Below are positions 38,737 to 51,149 of a stretch of DNA of 64,000 bases, in pieces. The position numbers and the translations under genes are program-made. A model generated the notes under the pieces. That model was not told where the DNA came from and ran no database searches. It saw only the letters and a list, made by a program, of their open reading frames with translations. How positions within the stretch are numbered: position 1 is the first letter of the stretch; each line of letters starts with the position of its first letter. Origin of the DNA: Mobula hypostoma (taxonomy: Eukaryota); the NCBI RefSeq assembly GCF_963921235.1, contig NC_086108.1, positions 7,688,001 to 7,752,000 of the forward strand, given 5' to 3'.

Positions 38737-39846
38737 CTAAAACAAATACACAATGGGAAGAGTGCCAATATTTTGGGACTCACAGCACTGGAAGGTGGAA
38801 AACAAGTCGCAGCACAAGGAACCAAGATTCAAGACTGTTTAATAAGACAAATGTAAAGGAGAACAAAATAATTACTCCGGATCTGATGTAGCACAAATAA
38901 AAATTCAGTAAGATAAAGAACACAATTTTTAAAAATGCATTTAATATAAATACCCGACAGCTTTTGTCTGGCCTCAAGCCACGGTGTCCCCTGTTTACAA
39001 CCACCAGGAGAGGCGCTTTGGAGCCAGTGCTGCCCCCCAGTGCTCTCTCGGCAGAAGACAAGATGTATTGAGGTCGACTGCAGATTTCGGTTGCATACAT
39101 GGCTTCAGGGTCTGGACCTTTTTTGTGTGGCTGTATTTTACTGATATCTTACAAGTGCTTGCTTTCTTGTATGTGCTCTATGTGCTTTGTGCTGTGTGTG
39201 ACTGTTGGTACTGTGTTTTGCAGCTTGGCTCCGGAGGAACGCTGTCTCGTTTGTATGTATTGAACTGACTGAATTCAATATAGGAAGATTGATTGTACGT
39301 TCATAAAGTGACGGTAGGCTCAGGAGTGTCTGTTCATAAGGTGACTGATAGGGAATGATAAAGTCGTGGTGGTTAGGTGTGTGGAGGGGTGGGCTAATGG
39401 ATGGAGGTGTTGATCAGCCTTACTGCTTGGGGAAAGGAACTGTTTTTGAGTCTGGTGGACCTGGCATGGATACTACATAGCCTCCTCCCTGATGGGAGTG
39501 GGACAAAGAGTCCATGAGCACGGTGGGTGGGATCCTTCATAATGTTACTGGCTCTTATACAGAAAGCTGCCAGAAACGTCCTCAATCAACACCACAGCCA
39601 GGCTCCAGAAATCTGAAATACCACTGAACCTCAAGTGATGCATGTTATGTACTGTACTGTCTGCTTAATATGGAAGTAACTACCACTATCACTGTCCAAT
39701 AGAAAGGTCTATGTGGCATGGTAGCGTACTGGGACACATGGCTCCTCCATAGAGACAATTAGGTGCACCAAGTACCTGAGAGTTCACATCACAGGTGACC
39801 TCACCTGGTCCAGCAATATTACCTCCCTGAATAAGAAGACACAGCA

Positions 39847-42252
39847 GGAGAGGTGTTCTTTTCATGAAATTCTGCACCCTTTTTTCCTCCAAACATAGCT
39901 TTGCTCATTGCAGCCAAAGAGTTCTATTTTAACTTCATCAGTCCACAGGACTTGTTTCCAAAATGCATCAGGCTTGTTTAGATGTTCCTTTGAACCTTTT
40001 GAATAGAACTTTTTGGCCGCAATGAGCAAAGGTATGTTCGGAGAAAAAAAGGGTGCAGAATTTCATGAAAAGAACACCTCTCCAACTGTTAAGCACTGGG
40101 GTGGATCGATCATGCTTTGGGCTTGTGTTGCAGCCAGTGACACGGGGAACATTTCACTGGTAGAGGGAAGAATGAATTCAATTAAATACCAGCAAATTCT
40201 GGAAGCAAACATCACACCATCTGTAAAAAAGCTGAAGGTAAGAAGAGGATGGCTTCTACAACAGGATAATGATCTTAAACACACCTCAAAATCCACAATA
40301 GACTACCTCAAGAGGCACAAGCTGAAGGTTTTGCCGTGGCCCTCACAGTCCCCCGACCTAAACAGCATCAAAAATCTGTGGATACTTTATAATTTATTGT
40401 CGCCAAACAATTGATACTAGAGCGTACAATCATCACAGCGATATTTGATTCTGCGCTTCGTGCTCCCTGGAGTACAAATTGATAGTAAATATTAAAAATT
40501 TAAATTATAGGTCTAAATAGAAAATAGAAAAGGGAAAGTAAGGTAGTGCAAAAAAACCGAGAGGCAGGTCTGGATATTTGGAGGGTACGGCCCAGATCCG
40601 GGTCAGGATCCGTTCAGCAGTCTTATCACAGTTGGAGAGAAGCTGTTCCCAAATCTGGCCGTACGAGTCTTCAAGCTCCTGGGCCTTCTCCCGGAGGGAA
40701 GAGGGACGAAAAGTGTGTTGGCTGGGTGGGTTGTGCCCTTGATTATCCTGGCAGCATTGCTCTGACAGCATGTGGTGTAAAGTGAGTCCAAGGATGGAAG
40801 ATTGGTTTGTGCGATATGCTGTGCCGTGTTCACGATCTTCTGCAGCTTCTTCCGGTCCTGGACAGGACAACTCCATACCACGTTGTGACGCACCCTAGAA
40901 GAATGTTTTCTACGGTGCATCTATAAAAATTAGCAAGGGTTTTAGGCCAAATTTCTTCAGCTTCCTAAGTAAAGGCGCTGGTGGGCCTTCTTGGCAGTGG
41001 ACTCTGCTTGGTTGCACCAAGTCAGGTCATTTGTGATATTGACCCCGAGGAACTTAAAGTTTTTGACCTGTTCCACTTGCGCACCACTGATGTAAATTGG
41101 GTCGTGCGGTCCACTACTCCTTCTGAAGTCAACAACCAATTCTTTCACCTTGCTGACGTTAAGGGATAGGTTATTGTCTTCGCACCATGCCACCAGGTTC
41201 GTAATTTCCTCTCTGTACTCAAACTCATCATTACCCAAGATACGGCCTACAATTGTGGTGTCATTAGCAAACTTATATATTGAGTTTGATGGAAACTTGG
41301 CTACACAATCATGGGTGAACAGTGAGTACAGCAGGGGGCTGAGTACACAGGTTTGTGGGGCACCGGTGCTCAGAATGATTGTAGAGGAGAGCTTGCCCCC
41401 TATTTTTACAGCCTGAGTCCTGTCTGTGAGGAAGTTGAAGATCCAGCTGCAGATCTGAGTGCCAAGGCCCAGGTTCCGGAGCTTAGGAATCAGTTTATTT
41501 GGAATGATGGTATTAAAGGCAGAGCTGTAGTCAATGAAAAGGAGCCTTACATATGCATCCTTATTCTCCAGGTGTTCTAAGGAGGAATGTAGGGCCACAG
41601 AGATGGCATCTGCAGTTGACCCGTTGCTCCGGTAGGCGAACTACAAAACATTGAGGTTGACCGGTAGGGGCTGTGGTTAATGTGTGCCATAACCAATCGC
41701 TCGAAGCACTTCATAGCAATTGATGTCAGAACCACAGGTCGACAGTCATTCAGGCATGCCACCTTGCTCTTCTTCGACACCGGGATTATCGTTGCCTTCT
41801 TAAAACACGAGGGGATCTTAGACTGAAGCAAGGAGCAGTTGAAGATGTCAGCAAACACTCCAGCTAGCTCGCTTGCACAAAAGAGTAGTGCCCAAGAATC
41901 TCACAGAACTAGAAGCCTTTTGCAAGGAAGAATGGGCGAAAATCCCCCAAACAAGAATTGAAAGACTCTTAGCTGGCTACAAAAAGCGTTTACAAGCTGT
42001 GATACTTGCCAAAGGGGGTGTCACTAAGTACTGCCATGCAGGGTGCCCAAACTTTTGCTTCGGGCCCTTTTCCTTTTTTGTTATTTTCAAACTGTAAAAG
42101 ATAGAAATAAAAAAGTTTTCTTGCTTAAAATATTAAAGAAATGTGTCATCTTTAACTTTATGCCTTTTGGAAATCAGTTCATCTTTTACTTGCTTAGCTA
42201 TTCACAGTAACAGAAATTTTGACCGGGGTGCCCAAACTTTTGCATGCCACTG
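39847..42252 (+). mobile_element. Second Tc1 copy: left end replaced by a fold-back, interrupted by a LINE, right TIR intact
   Basis: ORF 40013-40414 (QQDNDLKH, WPSQSPDLNSIKNLW) and ORF 41873-42097; ends GCATGCCACTG|TA. Confidence 0.92.
40385..41877 (-). mobile_element. Rex1/Babar-like LINE, 5'-truncated, nested in Tc1
   Basis: ORFs 41577-41858, 40957-41598 ([19 protein letters not shown]) and 40603-40920; Tc1 sequence resumes on both sides with a few bases lost. Confidence 0.9.
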
Positions 42253-42451
42253 TATATAGTTAAATGACAATAAATTTAACCTGACTTGATAGCATATAGT
42301 GAACCATATAAAGCTTCACAGGGCCACCGATCAAAATTCAATTCCAGCTGCTGTTTGTAAGGAGTTTGTACATTTCCCCATAACCACACAGGTTTCCTCC
42401 GGGTGTTCCAGTTTCCTCCCACATTCCAAAGACATATAGGTTATTTAGGGT

Positions 42452-42680
42452 CAAACACACACAAAATGCTGGAGGAACTCAGCAGGCCAGGCAGCGCCTA
42501 TAGAAAAGAGTACAGTTGATGCCTCCGGCCAAGACTCTTCATCAGGACTCCTGACGAAGGATCTTGGCCTGAAACATTGACTATACTCTTTTCCATAGAT
42601 GCTACCTGGCTTGCTGAGTTCCTCCAGCACTTTGTGTGTGTTGTTTGGACTTCCAGCATCTGCAGATTTTCTCGTTTGTT
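42452..42680. mobile_element. Older palindromic Penelope-terminal-repeat insertion inside a tRNA-SINE
   Basis: Imperfect arms centred on ttcatcaggac/tcctgacgaa; decayed hammerhead at about 42547-42582; ttagggt-like flanking duplication. Confidence 0.8.
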
Positions 42681-43601
42681 ACAGGTTAGGGTGAGTGAGT
42701 TATGGGCATGCTATATTGGTGGGACGACATTAGGTTGCCCCCACGCACATCCTCGGACTCTGTTGGCCGTTGACACATAACGACACACTTCACTGTATGT
42801 TTTGATATACATATGACAAAGTACTTTTATAATCGAAGTATCCTGAGGTCCATTTTCTTGTGTACAAACTCAGTAAATCTATGGAATAATAACCATAACA
42901 GAATCAATGAAAGACCACCCAACTAGGGCGTTCAACCAGAGTGCAGAAGACAATAAACTGTGCAAATACATCAGAAATAATAATAATAATCATAATAAAT
43001 AAAGCTAATCTTTAAAAAATATATTTGATGCCTGAGATTTGGTGATGAAATAATTATTTGCTGCCTTACTCAATAGCTATGTAGAACAAACCCCTGCAAC
43101 TCAAATTCCAACTATGACTAATCATTGAATTCAGACAGAAACAAATCACATGCTCAAATGACAGATAGAGTATTACGTATTAATAAGACTGTGCATGTAT
43201 TTATATCTTTCTGATACCACATGTTCATCAAACAGAAAGGCCAATCCAGAGCAACATGCACAAAATGCTGGAGGAACGCAGTAGGTCAGGCAGCATCTCT
43301 GGAAATAGATAAACAGTTGCCGTTTTGAGCTTCAGGGCTGGCGGGGGGGGGTGGGGGGGGAGGGAAATACCAGAGTGAGGTGGAAGGGGGAAAGAGGGGA
43401 AAGAGGGCAAGCTAGAAAGTGATAGGTGAAGCCACATGGGTGGGGTAGAGGGGATGAAGTAAAATGCTGGGAGGTGATTAATGGAAAAAGTATTGAAAAA
43501 GTAAAGGGATGGAGAAGAAGGAACCTTTCTGAAAAGGAGATACCATGAGGAATTGATGCTTATGCCATCCAGTTGGAGGCTACCGAGACAGAGCACGTGG
43601 T

Positions 43602-44079
43602 ATAGAAACATAGAAAACCTACAGCATAATACAGGCCCTTTGCCCCACAAAGCTGTGCCGAACATGTCCTTACCTTAGAACTACCTAGGCTTACCCATAG
43701 CCCTCTATTTTTCTAAGCTCCATGTACCTATCCAGGAGTCTCTTAAAAGACCCCATGGTTTTTGCTTCCACCACCATCGCCGGCAGCCCATTCCACGCAC
43801 TCACCACTCTCTGAGTAAAAAACTTACCCCTGACATCTCCTCTGTACCTGCTTCCAAGTACCTTAAAACTATGCCCTCTTGTGCTAGCCATTTCAGCACT
43901 GGGAAAAAGCTTCTGACTATCCACACGATCAATGCCTCTCATTATCTTATATACCTCTATCAGGTCACCTCTCATCCTCCGTCGCTCCAAGGAGAAAAGG
44001 CTGAGTTCACTCAACCTATTCACATAAGGCATGCTCCCCAATCCAGGCAACATCCTTGTAAATCTTCTCTGCACCCTTC
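43602..44079 (-). mobile_element. CR1 3' fragment
   Basis: ORF 43691-44074 is an intact CR1 C-terminus; (tttctatg) tail. Confidence 0.9.
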
Positions 44080-44569
44080 TATGTATTGCTCCATCAACCT
44101 GAGAATGGCCCGACTTGCGGCCGCACGGTTACCATTAAGCACCCTCACTATCCACGCATTCTCAATGCTCCAGACTAAACCACCTGTTTGTCCAGTCTCT
44201 CACGAAAGCTAATACTCTCTATTCCAGGTGGCTTCTTCTGTGTCCTCTAAGTAGTGAAATCAATGAGACCCAATGTATTAGAATCCTCACCACCCAGGAC
44301 GTGCCCTCTTCCCACTGCTACCATCATGCAGATGCTACAGGATTCTGAAGATCTATTGCTACCATTATGGAACTACATTCAACATTTTAGGAATAACTTC
44401 TTCCCCTCCTAAATCAGATTTCTAAATTGTCCATGAACTGTTGAATTCACTACATCTCTTTCACATGACTTATTTGTTTTTATTATCTCTTGTTTTTAAA
44501 TATCTTGCACTGTACTGTTACCACAAACCAACATATGTCATATGTTGGTATTAATAAATCCAACAAACA

Positions 44570-45620
44570 AGGCTGTGCGGTTAGAGCCCCCACCCCTTCA
44601 CACTACTTGCTTTGCACGTATGCCTGTGTGGCTAAGCACAGCTCTAATGCCATATTTAAGTTTGCTGACGGCACCACTGTCGTAGGCCAAATCAAAGGTG
44701 GTGATGAATCAGCAAATAAGAGGGAGTTTGAAAATGTAGCTGAGTGGTGTCATAACAACAACCTCTCACTCAGTGTCAACAACACCAAGGAGCTAATTGT
44801 TGACTTCAGGAGAAGGGAACCACAGGTCCATGAGCCAGTCTTCACTGGAGAATAAGAGGTGGGGAGGGTCAGCAACTTAAAATTCCTAGGTGTTATTATT
44901 TCAGAGGACCTGTCCTGGGCCCAGCATGCAACTGCAATTATGAAGAAAGCACAGCAGTACATCTGCTACTACCTCTACTTTCTGCCATGTGGAGATTCAA
45001 TATGGCATCTAAAACTTTGACAAACTTCTGGAGGTGTGTTGTCTGGCTACATCACAGCCTAGTATGGAAGCACCAATGCCCTTGAATGGCAAAGCCTACA
45101 AAAGGTCGTGGATACGGCTCACTCCATCACAGGTAAAGCCCTCCCCAACACTGAGCAGATCTAAATGGAGCATTGTCGCAGGAAAGCACCATCTGTCATC
45201 TAGGGAACCCACCATCCAAACTATACTCTCTTCTTACTGCTGCCATTAGGAAGGTGGTACAGGAGCCTCAGGACTCACACCACCAGCTTCAGGGACAGTT
45301 ACTACCACACAATCATTAGGCTCTTGAATCAAAGAGGATAACTTCACTCACCCTAATCCTGAATTGTTCCCGAAACCTACGGACTCATCATCAAGGATCT
45401 TCATCTTATGTCCTTGATCATAGAATTATTATTTCATTTTTCTTCATACTCTTTTATATTTGCACAATTTATTCCCAGATGACAGATGGTTGTCATCTGT
45501 TCTGTAAGATGTGGTCTCTCATTGATTCTACTGTTTCTTGTATTTGCTATGATTGCCCGCAGGAAAATGAATCCAAGGGTTGTATATGGAGACATGTATG
45601 TACTCTGATAATAAATTAAC
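44570..45620 (+). mobile_element. Rex1/Babar-like LINE fragment
   Basis: IFKFADGTTVVG and WCHNNNLSLSVNNTKELIVDFRR motifs; shared 3' UTR ending actctgataataaa. Confidence 0.82.
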
Positions 45621-47983
45621 TTAGATCTGTGTTTCCTCACATCCTTTCAAACCCAGCAACAATTTTTTTCTTTGATCTTTGTCCTATCATTCCCTCAACT
45701 GAAAAGTTGGAAATCTCCTTGCATGATACTTTATGGGAAAGTAAGATAATTGCTCTCTGTCCCCCAAATATTCTGTGACTATAATCAGATCTAATGTTCT
45801 GCATAGCAAGAGACAACTGTTATCAGTAGGACCCAAAACCCAACAAGAACATCAGGAATAGACAACATGTTATGGAGTCACATAACCCTGATGTGTCATG
45901 TCTATGACATGGACGATCATGGTCTTTCCATGACCATGATTTCTAGGCAAATTTTCCTACAGAAGTGGTTTTCCATTCCCTTCTTTTGGGCAGTGTCTTT
46001 ACAAGACTGGTGACCCCAACCATTATCAATCCTCTTCAGAGATTGTCTGCCTGGCATCAGTGGTCATATAACCAGGACTTGTGATATGCATCAGCTGTTC
46101 ATAAGACCATCCACCACCTCCAACCGTGGCTTCACGTGATGCTGATTGGGAGGGGCTGCCAGTTGGGCTAAGCAGGTGCTACACCCTGTCCAGTGGCAGA
46201 GACGTAACTCCACTCCACCAGCCGATGCATTATGCAGATACATTAGGAGCATTTAAGAAACTCTTTGATAATACATGGCAAAGGGATGAAAGAGAAATGG
46301 AGGACCATGTAGGAGGGATGGGTTAGAATGACCTTTGAGTAGGTTAAAAGGTCAGCACAACATCGTGGGCTGAAGTGCCTGTCCCGTGCTGTACGATGTA
46401 CTTAATACAATGAACGAACAACCGTGACTGATGACTGAATAAACTTGGGTGTCCTGTAGTTTCATTAGCAGCTCTACTGATGAATGTATCTGACTATACC
46501 ACCAGCCCTGGCAGGGTGTTGCATACACCCATCACTCCCTGTGTGAAGCATATAACTGACAGCCCTCCTACACGTTCCTCCTGTCACCTTCTGGTCATTC
46601 AAGCCAGGTTGCCGAGCAATCCCCCAATTTAATGCTGGACAATATAAGCTCTTGAATCCAGTCAAGATGGCATCTGCATACAATGTTTCTTTGGTCGGTA
46701 GCTTCTGGATAGATCATGAAACCAGTTTTTTCCTCCACTTCCTTTATGTCTTTGAGTTTGTTTCTTGTCTTGAATGTGATTCTGAACTGTCATGTTTTGC
46801 TGTTTGGGGATCGTTTGGGTGCCTCAGCACTCTGCAGTCTCTGAGAGGATTCCAGGAGCAAAGGCAGCATGAGCAAACCTCGTGGTGAGAAGCCTACAGG
46901 ATGGCGTGCAAGACCATATTTGATCCCATTTCGCCAATTATAGCTTCCATTGTTCGCCGATTAAAGCAACAAGGGAGATTGAAACAGCGAGGCAAGAGCA
47001 GAAGTTTGGAGATGATTTGGGTGTTCCAGCACTCTACAGTCTCTGAGAGGATTCCAAGAGGCATTGTGCATGAACCTTGTAACGGGCAGGCTGCAGGATG
47101 GGGTACAAGCCGATATTTGACTCCATTACACTGATTAAGCTCCCATTGTTCACCGTTTAAAGGAACGAGGGAGATTGAAGCATTGAAGTGAGTGCAGAGG
47201 GTGAGCGTGGCTGCCCGTCTTTTGATCGATTGCTCTGTACCGAAGAGGGCAGAGCCTTCCGCTACGCCCAGGCCCAGAGGGTATTATGCAGTTTTTTTTC
47301 TGCTTTTTGGATTTTTGACTATAGACTCTATTTTCAGTTTTATAGTTTTTATATTGTGTTTTTTTTCACCTGATCTTCTCAGTACTTTTTGTGGGGGAGG
47401 GGGATTTGGGGGTTGATGCGTCTGATCCATTTTGTTTGTTTTTTGTGCAGGTGGAGGGATTTCGCGGTTGGTGTGCCTGTTCTATTCTAGTTCGTTTTTT
47501 CTGTGTGGGGGGTGGAATTTGGGGGTTGATGTACTTGATCTATTTTGTTCATTTTTTTCATGTGGGTGGAGGGCTTTTGGGGTTGATCATTGTGCTGCCT
47601 GTCTTTTCTTTCTTTCTTGGTTTCATGCCTACACAGAGAATTGAAGAATTTCAGAGTTGAAAATGAACCTTTGATCAATTAACCTACGAACAGATACATC
47701 TTTGGACCGTGGGAGGAAACTAGAACATCTGGAAGAAATCCACGCAACCATGGGAGGACGTGCAAACTCCTAATGGGCAGCTTCTCACAGCTACCAATCG
47801 GCCAGGAGGCTTAGAAGCCTGAAATCCCACTCCACTTGGCTCAGGAACAGCTATTTACCCTCAAACATTAATTTCTTGAAAAAATTGTCACAACTCTAAT
47901 CACTACAGCTTAGCAACACTATGATCTCTTAGCATGAAAATGGACTTTGTAGATTTTCCTGTTCTAATTGTATTTTTCCAGTA

Positions 47984-49538
47984 CAGGTTTCCCCCGCCAT
48001 CCGAAGGTAGAGCGTTCCTATGAAACGGTTCGTAAGCCGAAATGTCGTAAAGCGAAGAAACAATTACCATTTATTTATATGGGAAAATTTTGTGAGCGTT
48101 CGCAGATCCAAAAATAACCTACCAAATCATGCCAAATAACACATAAAACCTAAAATAACAGTAACATATAGTAAAAGTAGGAATGATATGATAAATACAC
48201 AGCCTATATAAAGTAGAAATACTTTTCCACAATCATTACTGAACTGTTCTCCGTAGCGAAAATCTCACGCAAGCGCCGTCGGCAGAAAATCTCACGCAAG
48301 CGCTGTTGGCAAAAACCCAGCGCAAGCGCTCTCCAGTAATCTTTAAGCTATGAAGCTGCCAAATCATATCAAATAATGCGTGAAAATACACAGCCGATAT
48401 AAAGTAGAAATAATATATGTACAGTGTAATATCACTTACCGGAATTGGGAAGACAGCGCAGAGCACACTGACGATGGTGTGTTAGACTGAGTCGTCGCAG
48501 GTTGGGGTGGTGCTGTGACCCCCACCCTCCAGGCCGCCGACAGATACCGAACCACGAAGCATGCAGGGGTACAGCGGTAGCCGGGAGGCACCCAGCACAT
48601 CATTAAGAAAAAAGCCGAAATAAACATGCTAATTAATTAGGTGCTGCCCGGCTCGTAATTGTCGGCCCAGATCAGTGCCAATTGCGTCGCCTTTGATCTG
48701 AGCCGACATTTAAGTGCGGGGCGGCACCTAATTAATTAGCATGTTTATTTTGGCTTTTTTCTTAAAGATGTGCTGTGTGCCTCCCGGCTACTGCTGCATT
48801 CTCCGCAAATCGGTACGGTATCTGTCCGCGGCCTGGGTGTTGGGGTGGTGGGACACTGGGGTGTCATCTCGTCGTCTATTTCCATTAGAGCAGGCGGCTC
48901 ATCTTCTCCTATGACTGCCCGCCTCGATGTCCAAGGTCGAGTTTCGTCATCTGCTGTGGTTGATATGGAAGGCTTGCTTGACTGCTGAGCCTCACGTATT
49001 TTTCTATCACACAGTTCTTTGTAAGGACTCAAATCATGCTGCAAATATCTCCTAAACCTACGTACCCTTTCAAAATTAAAGTCGTACTTATCATTGCAGC
49101 GAAAATCTCACGCAGTTGCTTCATGTTCATTTCGCTACTGCATTCGGTTTCGATTGTTATCCTTTCCTCTTCCAATTGCATCAGCTCTTCATCTATCAGT
49201 TCTTGGTCATGGGATGCCAAAACCTTTTCAACATCATGTTCATCACCTTCCACAAGCCAAACTCACTTTGTCCTTACTTCGTTCACCACGATCGAAACGC
49301 TTAATTATGTCTAGTTTTACGCTAAGTGTAACACCCTTACCAGCTCTTTCAGGCTTTTCCAACACCCATAGAACTCATCTTGCAAATGGCTGCTTGGGGC
49401 GTGCGCTGATTTTTTTCGCGCGCTGAATTTTTTCGTAACAGTGAAAACACCTTCTGAAAGTGAAAACAGGGTACTAATGTAGGTCTTTCGTAACAGTGAG
49501 GTTTCGTAAAGCGAATGTTCGAAAAGCAGGGACACCTG
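47984..49538 (-). mobile_element. Internally deleted Tigger/pogo-like DNA transposon
   Basis: TA|CAGG...CCTG|TA with imperfect TIRs. Minus strand has an N-terminal HTH (KGVTLSVKLDIIKRFDRGERSKD) joined directly to an acidic C-terminal segment (DVEKVLASHDQELIDEELMQLE); DDE domain absent. Confidence 0.85.
48572..48796. mobile_element. Palindromic MITE-like element nested in the Tigger
   Basis: 103-bp imperfect arms (48572-48674, 48694-48796); TA on the left, CA on the right. Confidence 0.75.
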
Positions 49539-49541
49539 TAT

Positions 49542-50617
49542 AAGCTGACAGCGATGCAGGTGGATGCTTCCCTGGTGTCATGGATTCTTGATTACCTGAC
49601 TGGCAGACCACAGTACGTGTGCTTGCAACACTGTGTGTCCGACAGAGTGATCAGCAGCACTGGGGCTCCACAGGGGACTGTCTTGTCTCCCTTTCTCTTC
49701 ACCATTAACACCTTGGACTTCAACTACTGCACAGAGTCTTGCCATCTTCAGAAGTTTTCTGATGACTCAGCCATAGTTGGATGCATCAGCAAGAGAGATG
49801 AGGCTGAGTACAGGGTTGTGGTAGGAAACTTTGTCACATGGTGTGAGCAGAATTATCTGCAGCTTAATGTGAAAAAGACTAAGGAGCTGGTGGTAGACCT
49901 GGGGAGAGCTAAGGTACCGGTGACCCCTGTTTCCATCCAGGGGGTCAGTGTGGACATGGTGGAGGATTACAAATACCTGGGGATACGAATTGACAATAAA
50001 CTGGACTGGTCAAAGAACACTGAGGCTGTCTACAAGAAGGGTCAGAGCCCTCTCTATTTCCTGAGGAGACTGAGGTCCTTTAACATCTGCCGGACGATGC
50101 TGAGGATGTTCTACGAGTCTGTGGTGGCCAGTGCGATCATGTTTGCTGTTGTGTGCTGGGGCAGCAGGCTGAGGGTAGCAGACACCAACAGAATCAACAA
50201 ACTCATCCGCAAGGCCAGTGATGTTGTGGGGATGGAACTGGACTCTCTGACGGTGGTGTCTGAAAAGAGGATGCTGTCCAAGTTCCACGCCATCTTGGTC
50301 AATGTTTCCCATCCACTACATAATGTACTGGGTGGGCACAGGAGTACATTCAGCCAGAGACTCATTCCACCAAGATGCAGCACAGAGTGTCATAGGAAAT
50401 CATTCCTGCCTGTGGCCATCAAACTTTACAACTCCTCCCTTGGAGGGTCAGACACACTGTGCCAATAGGCTGGTCCTGGACTTATTTCATAATTTACTGG
50501 CATAATTTACATATTACTATTTAACTATTTATGGTTTTATTACTATTTATTATTTATGGTGCAACTGTAATGAAAACCAATTTCCCCCGGGATCAATTAA
50601 GTATGACTATGACTATG
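49542..50617 (+). mobile_element. Young Rex1/Babar-like LINE 3' part
   Basis: About 310 open codons (TGAPQGTVLSP, KFSDD, YKYLG); (ATGACT)n tail; near-identical to 54399-55641. Confidence 0.92.
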
Positions 50618-50796
50618 ATAACTTCTGCATAAATTTTAAATTTAGATTTTCCCATGAATGCTGCTGCAAGTAAGCTTCCCATTGAGCTCGTGTATACAAC
50701 ATTATTTGTGCATATGACAATAAACTTGACTTTCACTTGACAATGACAGGAACTTGAAGGACCAGTGTTATGTGAGGTTAATGCAGTGGACTATTT

Positions 50797-50812
50797 CTGC
50801 CACCTAGTGTCA
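50797..50812 (-). promoter_or_regulatory. Candidate CTCF site
   Basis: CTGCCACCTAGTGTCA is one mismatch from the strong CTGCCACCTAGTGG core; in non-repeat DNA; motif match only. Confidence 0.45.
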
Positions 50813-51149
50813 CTGCAGCAGCATGGTGGAGCAACATTATCAAATAATATGCTCCAAGCCCTTCATCATAAACACTCAGAAATTTCCACATGTACTGTGA
50901 TGAGCATTCCAACTGGTGCCACAACTATTCAAGAACTTAGCAACCTCTTACCTAAATATTCATATCGATTTGGCCTCCACAGCTGCTTGTGACAACAAAT
51001 TCCACAGACTCCCTATTACCACTCTCTAGCTAAAGAAACTCTGTTCTAAAAGGACATGTCTCTATTCTGAAGTTCACAGACACGAAGCCCAGAACAACCA
51101 AAGCAAGCCCATAGGCTCAGCCTCAATTCATCACACAGCAGGGCAAAAT

